From positions 96,001 to 160,000 of the forward strand of contig CAXXIN010000017.1 of assembly GCA_963665275.2 (NCBI GenBank): a DNA stretch of 64,000 nucleotides. Reading direction: 5' to 3'. Made by a program: the position numbers and the translations under genes. This document shows positions 9,649 through 18,649 of the stretch, in pieces. Within the stretch, counting starts at the first letter, position 1. Every line of letters starts with the position of its first letter. This DNA comes from Negativicutes bacterium. GTDB lineage: Bacteria; Bacillota; Negativicutes; UBA1444. Under the pieces are notes generated by a model, which saw only the letters and a list, made by a program, of their open reading frames with translations, did not search any database and was not told the DNA's origin.

Positions 9649-9670
9649 ACTACAAAGCGCATTGAAAAAT

Positions 9671-9706
9671 AGTGGCGGAAAGTGCCCTGGAGCACTCTCC
9701 GCCGCT
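9671..9706 (+). terminator. Hairpin between the DUF2680 gene and the response regulator (weak terminator or stabiliser)
   Basis: AGTGGCGGA..AGTGC-loop-GCACT..TCCGCCGCT with a short T tail. Confidence 0.5.
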
Positions 9707-9728
9707 TTAACCTGCAAGAGGTGTGACC

Positions 9729-10454
9729 ATGAAAAAAGCTGTTGTATTGATTGTCGATGATGATGTCCGCATCCGCGAACTCCTCCGCCTGTATCTGGAA
9801 CAGGCGGGCTTTGCTGTCACGGAGGCGGATAACGGTGTGGCGGCGCTGCTGCTTTTTCAGCAGTCCCGGCCGGATATCATTGTCCTTGACATCATGATGC
9901 CAGTACTCGATGGGCTGGAAACCTGCAGACAAATCCGCAAACTGGGCTCTACCCCGATCATCCTCTTGACTGCCCGATCTGAAGACGAGGATAAACTGTT
10001 GGGATTTGAAACCGGAGCAGACGACTATGTCTCCAAACCATTTGCCCCGGGAGAAGTCGTCGCCCGGGTGCAGGCCATCCTGCGCCGCTTCTCTCCTGCA
10101 GTCGATACACCACAGCTTCCAGAATCGAAACCACCGTTATCCTGCTGTCAGCTCGAAATCGACGCCACGTCCCGCACTGTAAAAATCGCCAACTCAGAGG
10201 TCCCGCTCACCGCCAAAGAGTTTGACCTCTTGTATTCGCTCGCCTCCCACCCCGGCCGCATCCATACCCGGGAAGCTCTGCTTGCTGAAGTCTGGGGCCA
10301 TGAACCTTCGGGAGACACCCGGACCGTGGACGTCCATGTCCAGCGGTTGCGAACCAAATTGCAGAACGGCCAATGCGCGAGTTGGAATATTGCGACCGTC
10401 TGGGGTGTCGGCTATCGATTCGATACAACAGGGAATCTGGAAATCAAATCATGA
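9729..10454 (+). CDS. OmpR/PhoB-family response regulator
   Basis: Receiver (IVDDD, LDIMMP, GADDYVSKPF) plus wHTH (RTVDVHVQRLR, TVWGVGY). Confidence 0.95.
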   Translation: MKKAVVLIVDDDVRIRELLRLYLEQAGFAVTEADNGVAALLLFQQSRPDIIVLDIMMPVLDGLETCRQIRKLGSTPIILLTARSEDEDKLLGFETGADDYVSKPFAPGEVVARVQAILRRFSPAVDTPQLPESKPPLSCCQLEIDATSRTVKIANSEVPLTAKEFDLLYSLASHPGRIHTREALLAEVWGHEPSGDTRTVDVHVQRLRTKLQNGQCASWNIATVWGVGYRFDTTGNLEIKS

Positions 10455-11995
10455 AGAATTTATCGTTTCAAATGCGGCTGGTAGCGGCTTTCATGCTGGT
10501 CATCGTGATTGTACTCGGTTCAGTCTTGTGGGGTGCTTCCGCGTTTATCCGCGACCGCATGATTACCGCCAAACAGCAGGAATTGACCCGCAAAGGCACG
10601 GAGATCGCGGAACGAATCCGCACCGCCCGGGACACTAAGGGCGCTGCCACTAGTCTGAGTGATATCCTCAGCGACGTGGACAGCTACCTGGAAGCCCGCG
10701 TCTGGATTCTGGACGCCTCCCGGCAACCAGTGGCGCTGTCTATCGCCCGGCATACCGGCGCTGGGCGTCAGTCAGGCATGGGCCCCGGTCGCATGAGCGG
10801 GGCGATGCGGAACATGCCTGGCAACGCTTTGCCTCAGATGGGAAATCTTCGCAGTTTGCTGGCGGATCTGGCCCCGGTATATCGGGGCGAAGTCGTCAGC
10901 AAAATCATCGATCACCCTTACTACGAAGAACGGATGGTTGTGGTCGGTGTGCCGATCCTTTTACCGAACGGCAAGGTAGATGGTGCTGTGCTGATCAATT
11001 CGCCGGTTGCCGCCGTAAATGACTTTATGGCACACATTTATGAATTTATCGGCATTGGGGCTTTGATCGGTATTATCTTCTCGTTTCTGCTCGTTCGCCT
11101 ATTCACCCGCAGTTTGGTACGCCCTCTACGCGCCATGCAGTCCACTGCTGCCGCCATCGCGCAAGGCGACTACAGTGCCCGCGTAGATGTTCGCAGCAAC
11201 GACGAAATCGGCAGCTTGGGGAGCACGATCAACGGGCTGGCCCAAGATCTGGGTGATTATATGCTGGAAGTAGGCAAAACGGAAAAACTTCGCCGTGATT
11301 TTATCGCGAATGTGTCCCACGAACTGCGCACTCCGCTCACCGTCATCCGCGGCTACACCGAGGCGATGGCCGATGACGTAGTGAAGGACCCGGTTCAAAT
11401 CAAGCGGTACCAGTATTTGATCCGGGATGAAGCGATCCGGCTGGAACGTCTGATCAAAGACCTGTTAAACTTGAGCCGCCTGCAGTCCGCCAGCGCCGAC
11501 TCTCCGCTAACACCGGTTTCCCTCTCTGAAATCGCCGCTCATGTGATGCAATTGATCTCCCCTCTGGCAGAATCGAAAAACATCTTGCTGCACTGCGATA
11601 TTGGACAGAATTTACCAAAAGCACTAGGCAATCGGGACCGTCTGGTACAGCTCCTGCTCATTTTCCTGGATAATGCCGTGAAATACACGCCAGCCGGTGG
11701 GACTATCGCGTTGTCTCTTGAGCAAAAAGAAACCGGCGCCCTGAATTGTGTGATTCAAGACACCGGCATCGGAATCCCAGAGGCAGACTTGCCATATATC
11801 TGGGAGCGGTTCTATAAAGTGGACAAATCCCATCAGCAAAGCGACGAAGGCACCGGACTCGGTCTCGCCATCGCCCGGCAGATTATTGCCTTGCATGAGG
11901 CGCAGGTCCATATCACCAGTGAACCCCATGTGGGAACACGCATTGAACTTAAGTTCCGTACTGCAACGGCTGATTCATCCCGCATAGAGGCTTAA
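10451..11995 (+). CDS. HAMP-domain sensor histidine kinase
   Basis: Two TMs, HAMP, H-box VSHELRTPL, N-box DNAVKY, G-boxes DTGIG and GTGLGL. The sensor loop is Met-rich. Confidence 0.95.
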   Translation: MKNLSFQMRLVAAFMLVIVIVLGSVLWGASAFIRDRMITAKQQELTRKGTEIAERIRTARDTKGAATSLSDILSDVDSYLEARVWILDASRQPVALSIARHTGAGRQSGMGPGRMSGAMRNMPGNALPQMGNLRSLLADLAPVYRGEVVSKIIDHPYYEERMVVVGVPILLPNGKVDGAVLINSPVAAVNDFMAHIYEFIGIGALIGIIFSFLLVRLFTRSLVRPLRAMQSTAAAIAQGDYSARVDVRSNDEIGSLGSTINGLAQDLGDYMLEVGKTEKLRRDFIANVSHELRTPLTVIRGYTEAMADDVVKDPVQIKRYQYLIRDEAIRLERLIKDLLNLSRLQSASADSPLTPVSLSEIAAHVMQLISPLAESKNILLHCDIGQNLPKALGNRDRLVQLLLIFLDNAVKYTPAGGTIALSLEQKETGALNCVIQDTGIGIPEADLPYIWERFYKVDKSHQQSDEGTGLGLAIARQIIALHEAQVHITSEPHVGTRIELKFRTATADSSRIEA

Positions 11996-12615
11996 ATTTT
12001 TCTTGCCTTGATGACGCCGAACACCCCGTCCCCTGTTCCAGGCCGCACTTCCTGCGGCCTGTTTTCTATAGTAAAAATCGTTTGTCGCGCGTCAACAACC
12101 GTGAACCCAGCCAACTCCAGGTACTGCTTTATCTCGAGCGAGGAGTGGAACTGGGCTTGCTGATAAAACTCACTTGTTTGTTTTTTCTGATCATAGAGCT
12201 TTCCGAGTGGCGTTTCCCTGTCAATGAATGCCACGAGAAAAAATCCACCCGCAGACAATATTCTACAAGCTTCCTTAAAGGCTTGTGCGACATCATCCAG
12301 AAAACAGTCCACGGTAATCATTAGCGCAAAATCAAAGGTTTCATCCAGAATTGGCAACTTTTCCGCCAACCCGTTACGAACATTTATGCCCCGCGCCAAT
12401 GCTTTTCTGCGCATGTTTTTCGAAGGTTCGATCCCGTCTTTTATGCCAAGCGCCGCCGAAAACAGCCCAGTTCCTACGCCGATTTCAACACCTTTTCCGG
12501 ATGTAGGCAGGATTTGTTTTATAGCGGTCAGCTCAGCCTCAAATAGAGCCTTGTTCTCTTGGAACCAACCTTCGTATGCTTCGACCTTTTGATCGAAAAC
12601 TTGCACTCTGTCCAT
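11992..12615 (-). CDS. Class I SAM-dependent methyltransferase
   Basis: VEIGVGTG motif I; AEKLP..DETFD. Confidence 0.9.
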   Translation of the reverse strand: MDRVQVFDQKVEAYEGWFQENKALFEAELTAIKQILPTSGKGVEIGVGTGLFSAALGIKDGIEPSKNMRRKALARGINVRNGLAEKLPILDETFDFALMITVDCFLDDVAQAFKEACRILSAGGFFLVAFIDRETPLGKLYDQKKQTSEFYQQAQFHSSLEIKQYLELAGFTVVDARQTIFTIENRPQEVRPGTGDGVFGVIKARKI

Positions 12616-12636
12616 TTATTGTGGTCACCTTTCAGC

Positions 12637-13518
12637 TTACAACGATTGTAGAATTTTAACCGCCTTTGCCAACGTCGTGCACTCTTCCATGCGCAGAAAG
12701 CGGCGCAATGCCGGAATGATCTCTTTTTGGTGCCATTGACTCCGGGATTGGGTATTGAGCCATACCACTTTTTTCACCTTACTGGCGATCTTCCCCAATT
12801 CGCTAATGGCAAAATCCGGTTCCACCGTTTCTGCATCACTCACCACCAATAGACAGGTAGCCGAACTCAGGGCCCCGGAAAAATCGGTCCGTAAAGAGCG
12901 AAAAGCTTGCCCCAGGTTCGTTCCCCGCCCTACCTGGGTAGTTCGCTGCAGCAACCAGTCCCGCACTTGTTCGAAATCACTGTTCTGTCGAAACAACTCC
13001 GTCACTTCCTCCAGACCACCGGCACAGACAAATGCCCGATTGGTTTCCGCTGTCTGGGACAAGCCAAACAGGAGGGGTAAGGTAAATTGGATATGTCGAA
13101 TCATCGACGCTGAAACATCACACAGAATCACAATCCGTGGTCGACGTAGCCGCAGGCGGCGAAAACCCAGCGCGAACATGGCCCCGCCAAAGCGAAAACT
13201 GCGCCGGACTGTACGTTTCACATCGATCCACTGGGAACGATGGGTTTGTTGCTGGCGCCGCGATGGACGCATTTCCAGTCGATTAATTAGTCGACGGATT
13301 CGCTCCACCAAAAAAGGAAAATCCTCAGGGCTCGTATATTCCAGCTCGCGACTATTCAGAGGTCGCCCTGCATGTCCGCCCCCTTCTCCGCCCCCGCCAA
13401 ACGGTGCGTGAGGCAGTTCCATCTGAGCCAGAAAATCCTGGCATACACTGCCAAACATGGCCTTCTCTTCGGGTTTTGCCATCAAAATCGTTTTGGCTAC
13501 TTTTAATGGCATCTTCAA
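12637..13518 (-). CDS. VWA-domain protein, CoxE-like
   Basis: IDVKRTVRRS, MIDAS LCDVSASM, GTNLG, VSDA and WLN motifs. Confidence 0.85.
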   Translation of the reverse strand: MKMPLKVAKTILMAKPEEKAMFGSVCQDFLAQMELPHAPFGGGGEGGGHAGRPLNSRELEYTSPEDFPFLVERIRRLINRLEMRPSRRQQQTHRSQWIDVKRTVRRSFRFGGAMFALGFRRLRLRRPRIVILCDVSASMIRHIQFTLPLLFGLSQTAETNRAFVCAGGLEEVTELFRQNSDFEQVRDWLLQRTTQVGRGTNLGQAFRSLRTDFSGALSSATCLLVVSDAETVEPDFAISELGKIASKVKKVVWLNTQSRSQWHQKEIIPALRRFLRMEECTTLAKAVKILQSL

Positions 13519-13526
13519 ACTAGCTC

Positions 13527-14486
13527 TTAGAATGGGTTGAACTTTTTTTTTACCGCCCGCTCGAGAAATGAATCTTTTTTGACGATGACTTCGTCACCCT
13601 CCCACCGTTTGTGAAGCATAGCGCAAAAACCTTCGAAGCCGATACTTTTGACAAACACGGTGAAGTCATGATGGTTTTTCAACAACAATCCCAACGTCTG
13701 CTTGATTGTAGCCGGCGTCAATTGCATGCACCCCATGTCCACCAGCATCGTAGTCCAGTCAATCGCTTCGGCAGTGGATGGTGGCTTCTCCAGGTCCATT
13801 TCCTGCCGCAGATACTGCATCGCAGTGGTGATCTCCCATACGAGACGGTCCGGGGCGCCTGGAGCTTTCAGCTGCAGAATTTCAGTTTCTTTTTCCGGTG
13901 ACGGGTAATCAATATACAGATATACACAACGGCGGCGCAAACCATCGGACAGTTCGCGTTCTTGATTGCTCGTCAGCACGACCACCGGAATATGGACAGC
14001 CCGAATGGTCCCCATTTCCGGAATGGATACCTGAAAATCGGATAAAAGTTCAAACAGAAATGCCTCAAATTCTTCGTCCGTCTTATCAATTTCGTCAATT
14101 AGCAGCACCGAACGCCGGGGAGAACGGATTGCCTTGAGTAATGGGCGTTCCAGCAAATACCGGGAGGAAAACAACTCTTCCTCGACGGATTCTTCGCCAC
14201 AAGAGTCCCTGATCATCTGGATTTTGAGCAACTGCGCCTGATAGTTCCATTCATAGAGCGCCTTGCTTTCATCCAGTCCTTCATAGCATTGCAACCGGAT
14301 CAGCTCGGTCTCCATGGCAACGGCCAGCACTTTGGCAATCTCCGTTTTGCCAACGCCCGGAGCGCCTTCGATCAACAAAGGACGTCCCAGTTTTAGTGCC
14401 AGGGATATCGTAATGACCAGTTCGTCTTCGCATATGTAGTTTTCGGCGGCAAATGCCTGGCGGAGGAAGTTTACATCAATGTCCAT
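13527..14486 (-). CDS. MoxR-family AAA+ ATPase, CoxD-like
   Basis: EGAPGVGKT, RLQCYEGLD..KALYEWNY, LLIDEIDK and LRRRC motifs. Confidence 0.92.
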   Translation of the reverse strand: MDIDVNFLRQAFAAENYICEDELVITISLALKLGRPLLIEGAPGVGKTEIAKVLAVAMETELIRLQCYEGLDESKALYEWNYQAQLLKIQMIRDSCGEESVEEELFSSRYLLERPLLKAIRSPRRSVLLIDEIDKTDEEFEAFLFELLSDFQVSIPEMGTIRAVHIPVVVLTSNQERELSDGLRRRCVYLYIDYPSPEKETEILQLKAPGAPDRLVWEITTAMQYLRQEMDLEKPPSTAEAIDWTTMLVDMGCMQLTPATIKQTLGLLLKNHHDFTVFVKSIGFEGFCAMLHKRWEGDEVIVKKDSFLERAVKKKFNPF

Positions 14487-14673
14487 ACATAATATTGTTC
14501 GTCATGGCGCAACAAATTCCTACCCCTTCCAAAAGAATAACGCATCTCCACAGGAGCATCTACCTTATACATACAGCTCAATTTTAAAAAATGGAGGGTC
14601 GGCCCCGCCGCCCCTCCACTGATACATTACTTCTTCACTTGCGTTCGAATTCAGGTGTCAGGATATCAACACC

Positions 14674-15888
14674 TTATTCCCCACATTCATCATGGTGCTG
14701 ATGTTCATGACAGACAGAACCAGTAGACTGCAGCATGCCTTTCAAATATTGCTCGGCTGCGACCTTCGCCGGTCCCATCGCTCCGACAATTACTTCAATA
14801 CCCTTTTCGTTGAAAATTTCGATTGCGCCGGCGCCCATGCCGCCTGAAATAATCACATTGACCCCCATGTCGTTCAAGAAGTTGGGCAGAAATCCTGGCT
14901 TATGTCCCGGATTCGGCACGGACTCACTCTTAACAATCTGCGCGTTTTCAGCTTCATAAATATTGAAATTTACACAATGCCCAAAATGCTCTGTTACCAT
15001 TTCATTTTCACTTGCTACTGCAATTTTCATTTTCTTTCCTCCATTTTTTCCTACTATTTTTTCTGTTTCCAACATTTCAGCGATCCGGTCAAACCAATTT
15101 CCTTCAAAGAATTCAATCATTCCTTTATCACAGGCTACTGCAAGTTTAGGATCGATTGGCATGCTGGCCAAAATATCGAGATTATGTGTCTGGGCGATTT
15201 TTTCAATATTGCTGTCGCCGAATATTTTGTATTCCTTATCGCAGTCCGGGCATTTGAAATACGCCATATTTTCAACCAACCCGATGATTGGTATATTCAT
15301 CATCTTTGCCATTTTAACCGCTTTGGATACAATCATTGAAACCAATTCTTGCGGTGAAGTCACAATGATGATTCCATCGACTTTTATTGACTGGAATACA
15401 GTGAGCGGAACATCTCCTGTGCCCGGCGGCATATCAATAAACATAAAGTCGATATTATGCCATATTACGTCCGTCCAAAACTGTTTGACTGTATTGGCAA
15501 TGATCGGTCCTCGCCACACTACAGGATCTGTATCATTTTCCAAAAGCAAATTAATTGACATAATATCAATACCCGTTTTGCTTTTAATAGGATAAAGGCC
15601 AAGTTCATTTCCAGTAGCCTTTTTGCTTATACCAAAGGCTTTAGGTATGGATGGTCCTGTCACATCCGCATCCAAAACAGCAACCTTATGGCCTCTTCTA
15701 TTCATTGTTACTGCAAGCATGGAGGTTACCAACGATTTACCAACCCCGCCTTTGCCGCTTACAATACCGATTACTTTTTTAATGCTACTTAGTTCATGCG
15801 GTTTTTCGGAAAAATCGACATTGGGTTCCTTCCTCTCATCACAGTCGTCACCGCAGGAGCTGCAAGTTTGATTACAATTTTCGCTCAT
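14674..15888 (-). CDS. Mrp/NBP35 Fe-S carrier ATPase fused to a C-terminal NifB/NifX-family domain (MrpORP-like)
   Basis: N-terminal Cys cluster, SGKGGVGKS, WRGP, DMPPGTGD and ENMAYFKCPDC, followed by MKIAV..HFGHC..ISGGMG and a His/Cys tail. Confidence 0.92.
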   Translation of the reverse strand: MSENCNQTCSSCGDDCDERKEPNVDFSEKPHELSSIKKVIGIVSGKGGVGKSLVTSMLAVTMNRRGHKVAVLDADVTGPSIPKAFGISKKATGNELGLYPIKSKTGIDIMSINLLLENDTDPVVWRGPIIANTVKQFWTDVIWHNIDFMFIDMPPGTGDVPLTVFQSIKVDGIIIVTSPQELVSMIVSKAVKMAKMMNIPIIGLVENMAYFKCPDCDKEYKIFGDSNIEKIAQTHNLDILASMPIDPKLAVACDKGMIEFFEGNWFDRIAEMLETEKIVGKNGGKKMKIAVASENEMVTEHFGHCVNFNIYEAENAQIVKSESVPNPGHKPGFLPNFLNDMGVNVIISGGMGAGAIEIFNEKGIEVIVGAMGPAKVAAEQYLKGMLQSTGSVCHEHQHHDECGE

Positions 15889-15983
15889 TCATTACTCTCC
15901 TATCATATTTTATTATCATACGCTTGGCGTATAACGTTCACTAAATAATATTTTAGCATCTGGTCAAAGACATCTATTGCCGC

Positions 15984-16340
15984 CTATTTATGGAATCCGG
16001 CATGAATCTCATCAAGCAGGAAGAGTTTTCCGTCAATAAAGGCATTAATATTATCCTTTATCGAATCGTTGATCGTCTTGTATATTTTGATATTGGCAGC
16101 TTTAAATACCTCTGCGGCATTCTCGCCGCATCTCGGGGTAATCAATGCGGTAACATTGCTATCTACAACTGCCTGAGCTGCTTTGATTCCGGCGCCACCC
16201 TGGCTGGCTGCTGCGCTATTATCAAGGAAAATAGGTTCCTTCGATTCCGTATCAAAAATCAAAAAATAGGGTGTGCGTCCAAACGAGATGCATACATTCG
16301 CTTCCATAGAATTCCCATCCACAGGTATTGCAATTTTCAT
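15984..16340 (-). CDS. NifB/NifX-family (ORP-like) cofactor-binding protein
   Basis: MKIAIPV..FGRTPYFLI..GGAGIKAAQ..CGENA. Confidence 0.9.
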   Translation of the reverse strand: MKIAIPVDGNSMEANVCISFGRTPYFLIFDTESKEPIFLDNSAAASQGGAGIKAAQAVVDSNVTALITPRCGENAAEVFKAANIKIYKTINDSIKDNINAFIDGKLFLLDEIHAGFHK

Positions 16341-16355
16341 TAGTCTTTATCCTCC

Positions 16356-16730
16356 TCAGCTATCTTCTATCATCTGTATCTGTCTACCGCATTGATGCCT
16401 TCGACACCCGCCACCACCACATGATTCCGCTCGCCCATCACAAAGCTTGTAATCTCCGCCCTCAATTCTCAGCACTTTCCCGTTCACGAGTGACTCAGCA
16501 ATTTTCTTTCTTGCACCAATATAAATTCCTTGAACAGTCGTACGGGCGATATTCATTTGATTGGCGCATTCTTCCTGATTAAACCCTTCTAAATCAATCA
16601 GGCGTATGGTTTCATATTCATCCACAGTCATCGTTATACAATGATCGGGGCTCATCGGAGCGTTAAGCGGACCGAATCGGTTGCTCTCCGGCAAGTTACA
16701 TACTTTTCGCCATTTTCTCGGTCTTGCCAT
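16356..16730 (-). CDS. DUF134 (UPF0251) predicted DNA-binding protein
   Basis: [44 protein letters not shown]. Confidence 0.9.
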   Translation of the reverse strand: MARPRKWRKVCNLPESNRFGPLNAPMSPDHCITMTVDEYETIRLIDLEGFNQEECANQMNIARTTVQGIYIGARKKIAESLVNGKVLRIEGGDYKLCDGRAESCGGGGCRRHQCGRQIQMIEDS

Positions 16731-16814
16731 TGCAAACTCACCTCATATGATCAATATAAGGAACAAGGGAGTGTTACCCCTTGCTCCATCAGTAAATGCA
16801 AAACCGGAACATAC

Positions 16815-16872
16815 TTATCGACATATGTCGCTATTACATTTATTATACTTCGTTTTCGTCATATGTCAATAA
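16815..16872 (-). promoter_or_regulatory. Promoter with paired 20-bp palindromic operators (site 1)
   Basis: TTATCGACATATGTCGCTAT (16815-16834) and TTTTCGTCATATGTCAATAA (16853-16872). The latter contains the minus-strand TTGACA, with TATAAT 16 bp downstream. Confidence 0.75.
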
Positions 16873-16964
16873 TAACAATGCGTTTGTCGGCGGGGCTTTT
16901 GCTTTATACTCACACTCTTTCGTAAATACCCCCAAAAAGCATAGCGACAAAAACGCCCCCAAAA

Positions 16965-17912
16965 CTATTGATTTTCCTGCGGAAACAACCCGGGTTCAAC
17001 CTGTGAAAGTCCTGCACAAAGCGATATGATCTTGAAGCCTTCTGCCATGAGAGGTGCTGTGGTCATCGCTGCCAATTGCCCACTCTTGCAACACAGCACT
17101 AATCTTTTTTCTTTTGGCAGATTCGGTATCCGATTTTTCAGTTCATCGAGCGGTGCGCTGATAGCGCCCCTAATATGCCCTTTTGCATAATCATCACGAG
17201 GTCTGAGGTCGACAAACGCATATTTATCCGGTGATCCCGCTAAAAGTTCTTTGACTTCCGAATTGGCCACTACAAGTGTTTTAACCGCGTGTTGTCTGGC
17301 GATCATGAGCAGATTCGCCTGGATACCGTGCAAAACCGCAACCACCTTCGGATCATGCGGCGGCTCATTTTTAACTGGATAAAAAGAATTTCCGCTTGAT
17401 TCCATGGTGAATCTTGCTTTTTCCATCAGCGAGAACCCACCACTGACAAAAATCGCCTGGTAACCGAATGCTTTTAGCGGCACCATCGCCAACGCCGAAC
17501 TTTGCCCCGTATAACAGTACAACAGCAAGATTTTATTGGGGGGAAGGTTGCCGAGGTTTTCCGCCAGTCCGACAAGAGTCATATTGATCGCACCCCTGAT
17601 GTGTCGCTGCGCATAATGCTCCGGCGATCGTAGGTCAATGACCAAATAGGAGGTTTCGTTTCCATCAAGTTGTTCTTTTGCCATAGCTGGATCGATAGGA
17701 AACTTGCTGTCACTGACTTCTTTTAATATTTTCCCATACGCGTCCCACGTGGCCTGCCGTATTTCCGATGTAAAATTGGAGCCGGTCGTTTGCACAACCT
17801 TAGGATTCGACGCAGCAGGCATATTGGGCTGCAACCCACATCCACCGCAGGAAAAAACGAATACGATAATCAAAAACATAATCGACCAAGAAACCCAACG
17901 TGCATTTGCCAC
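16965..17912 (-). CDS. Exported/lipoprotein tandem rhodanese-domain protein
   Basis: Signal with FSCGGC. Two domains, each DLR...HIRGAI, with active loops CYTGQS and CKSGQL. Confidence 0.88.
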   Translation of the reverse strand: MANARWVSWSIMFLIIVFVFSCGGCGLQPNMPAASNPKVVQTTGSNFTSEIRQATWDAYGKILKEVSDSKFPIDPAMAKEQLDGNETSYLVIDLRSPEHYAQRHIRGAINMTLVGLAENLGNLPPNKILLLYCYTGQSSALAMVPLKAFGYQAIFVSGGFSLMEKARFTMESSGNSFYPVKNEPPHDPKVVAVLHGIQANLLMIARQHAVKTLVVANSEVKELLAGSPDKYAFVDLRPRDDYAKGHIRGAISAPLDELKNRIPNLPKEKRLVLCCKSGQLAAMTTAPLMAEGFKIISLCAGLSQVEPGLFPQENQ

Positions 17913-18031
17913 CCGTATCCCCTCCTTTGAAATTTATGGGAGAATTTCGACTGACTGCGTTTCTTCCAATATTCTTGCGACCAATACAGAATCAACCTCT
18001 CAAAATACCGTGCAGTACCCCTTGTGCCGAC

Positions 18032-18421
18032 CTATTTTGCCAACTCGTGCGCACCATAATAATTCTCAATCGCATTTTTCAATGCCGTTGCGCCCAGTAC
18101 GGAACAATGCAGTTTGTGTTCAGGCAACCCGTCCAGTGCTTTCACAATATCCTGATCGGTTATTTGGATGGCTTCGTCCAGAGTTTTCCCTTTAGCCAGT
18201 TCCGTTGCCATGCTGCTTGACGCAACCGCTGCCACGCAACCATCGACTAAAAAACTGATATCCGCAATCACATTGTCCTTGACCTTGATAAAAATAGCTA
18301 AAAAATCGCCGCAACCAGGTTCTCCACAAATACCCATCGAATCGGCGTCAGGCATATCTCCTAGATTTTGCGGACTCATGAAATGTTCGATTACTTTATC
18401 CGAGAATGCAGCACAAAACAT
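18032..18421 (-). CDS. IscU/NifU-like Fe-S scaffold protein
   Basis: KVIEHF..P.N.G, PGCGD, GC and HCSVL (the three scaffold Cys). Confidence 0.9.
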   Translation of the reverse strand: MFCAAFSDKVIEHFMSPQNLGDMPDADSMGICGEPGCGDFLAIFIKVKDNVIADISFLVDGCVAAVASSSMATELAKGKTLDEAIQITDQDIVKALDGLPEHKLHCSVLGATALKNAIENYYGAHELAK

Positions 18422-18477
18422 AAAATCACTCCCTACTTTATTATTAAATTACCTATTGTTTTTTGTCTTTCTGCAGC

Positions 18478-18531
18478 TTATGATCATATGACCATAAAAA
18501 CTCTAGGATCATTTTGAGCTTATGTCAATAT
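18478..18531 (-). promoter_or_regulatory. Promoter with paired 20-bp palindromic operators (site 2)
   Basis: TTATGATCATATGACCATAA (18478-18497) and TTTTGAGCTTATGTCAATAT (18512-18531, overlapping the minus-strand TTGACA). Confidence 0.75.
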
Positions 18532-18567
18532 TCATTAATAAGTTATTGACAGATATGCCAAAACAAA

Positions 18568-18614
18568 ATACTATATATTCGTATCAACAACTTATTTGAT
18601 ACAACATATAGTGT
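18568..18614 (+). promoter_or_regulatory. Tandem NrdR boxes
   Basis: ATACAACATATAGTGT (18599-18614) fits the consensus acaCwAtATaTwGtgt. A weaker box ATACTATATATTCGTA lies 31 bp upstream. Both are directly before nrdD. Confidence 0.8.
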
Positions 18615-18649
18615 TTTTTAATGAAATTATTTTTGAAAGGATGTTGGCA

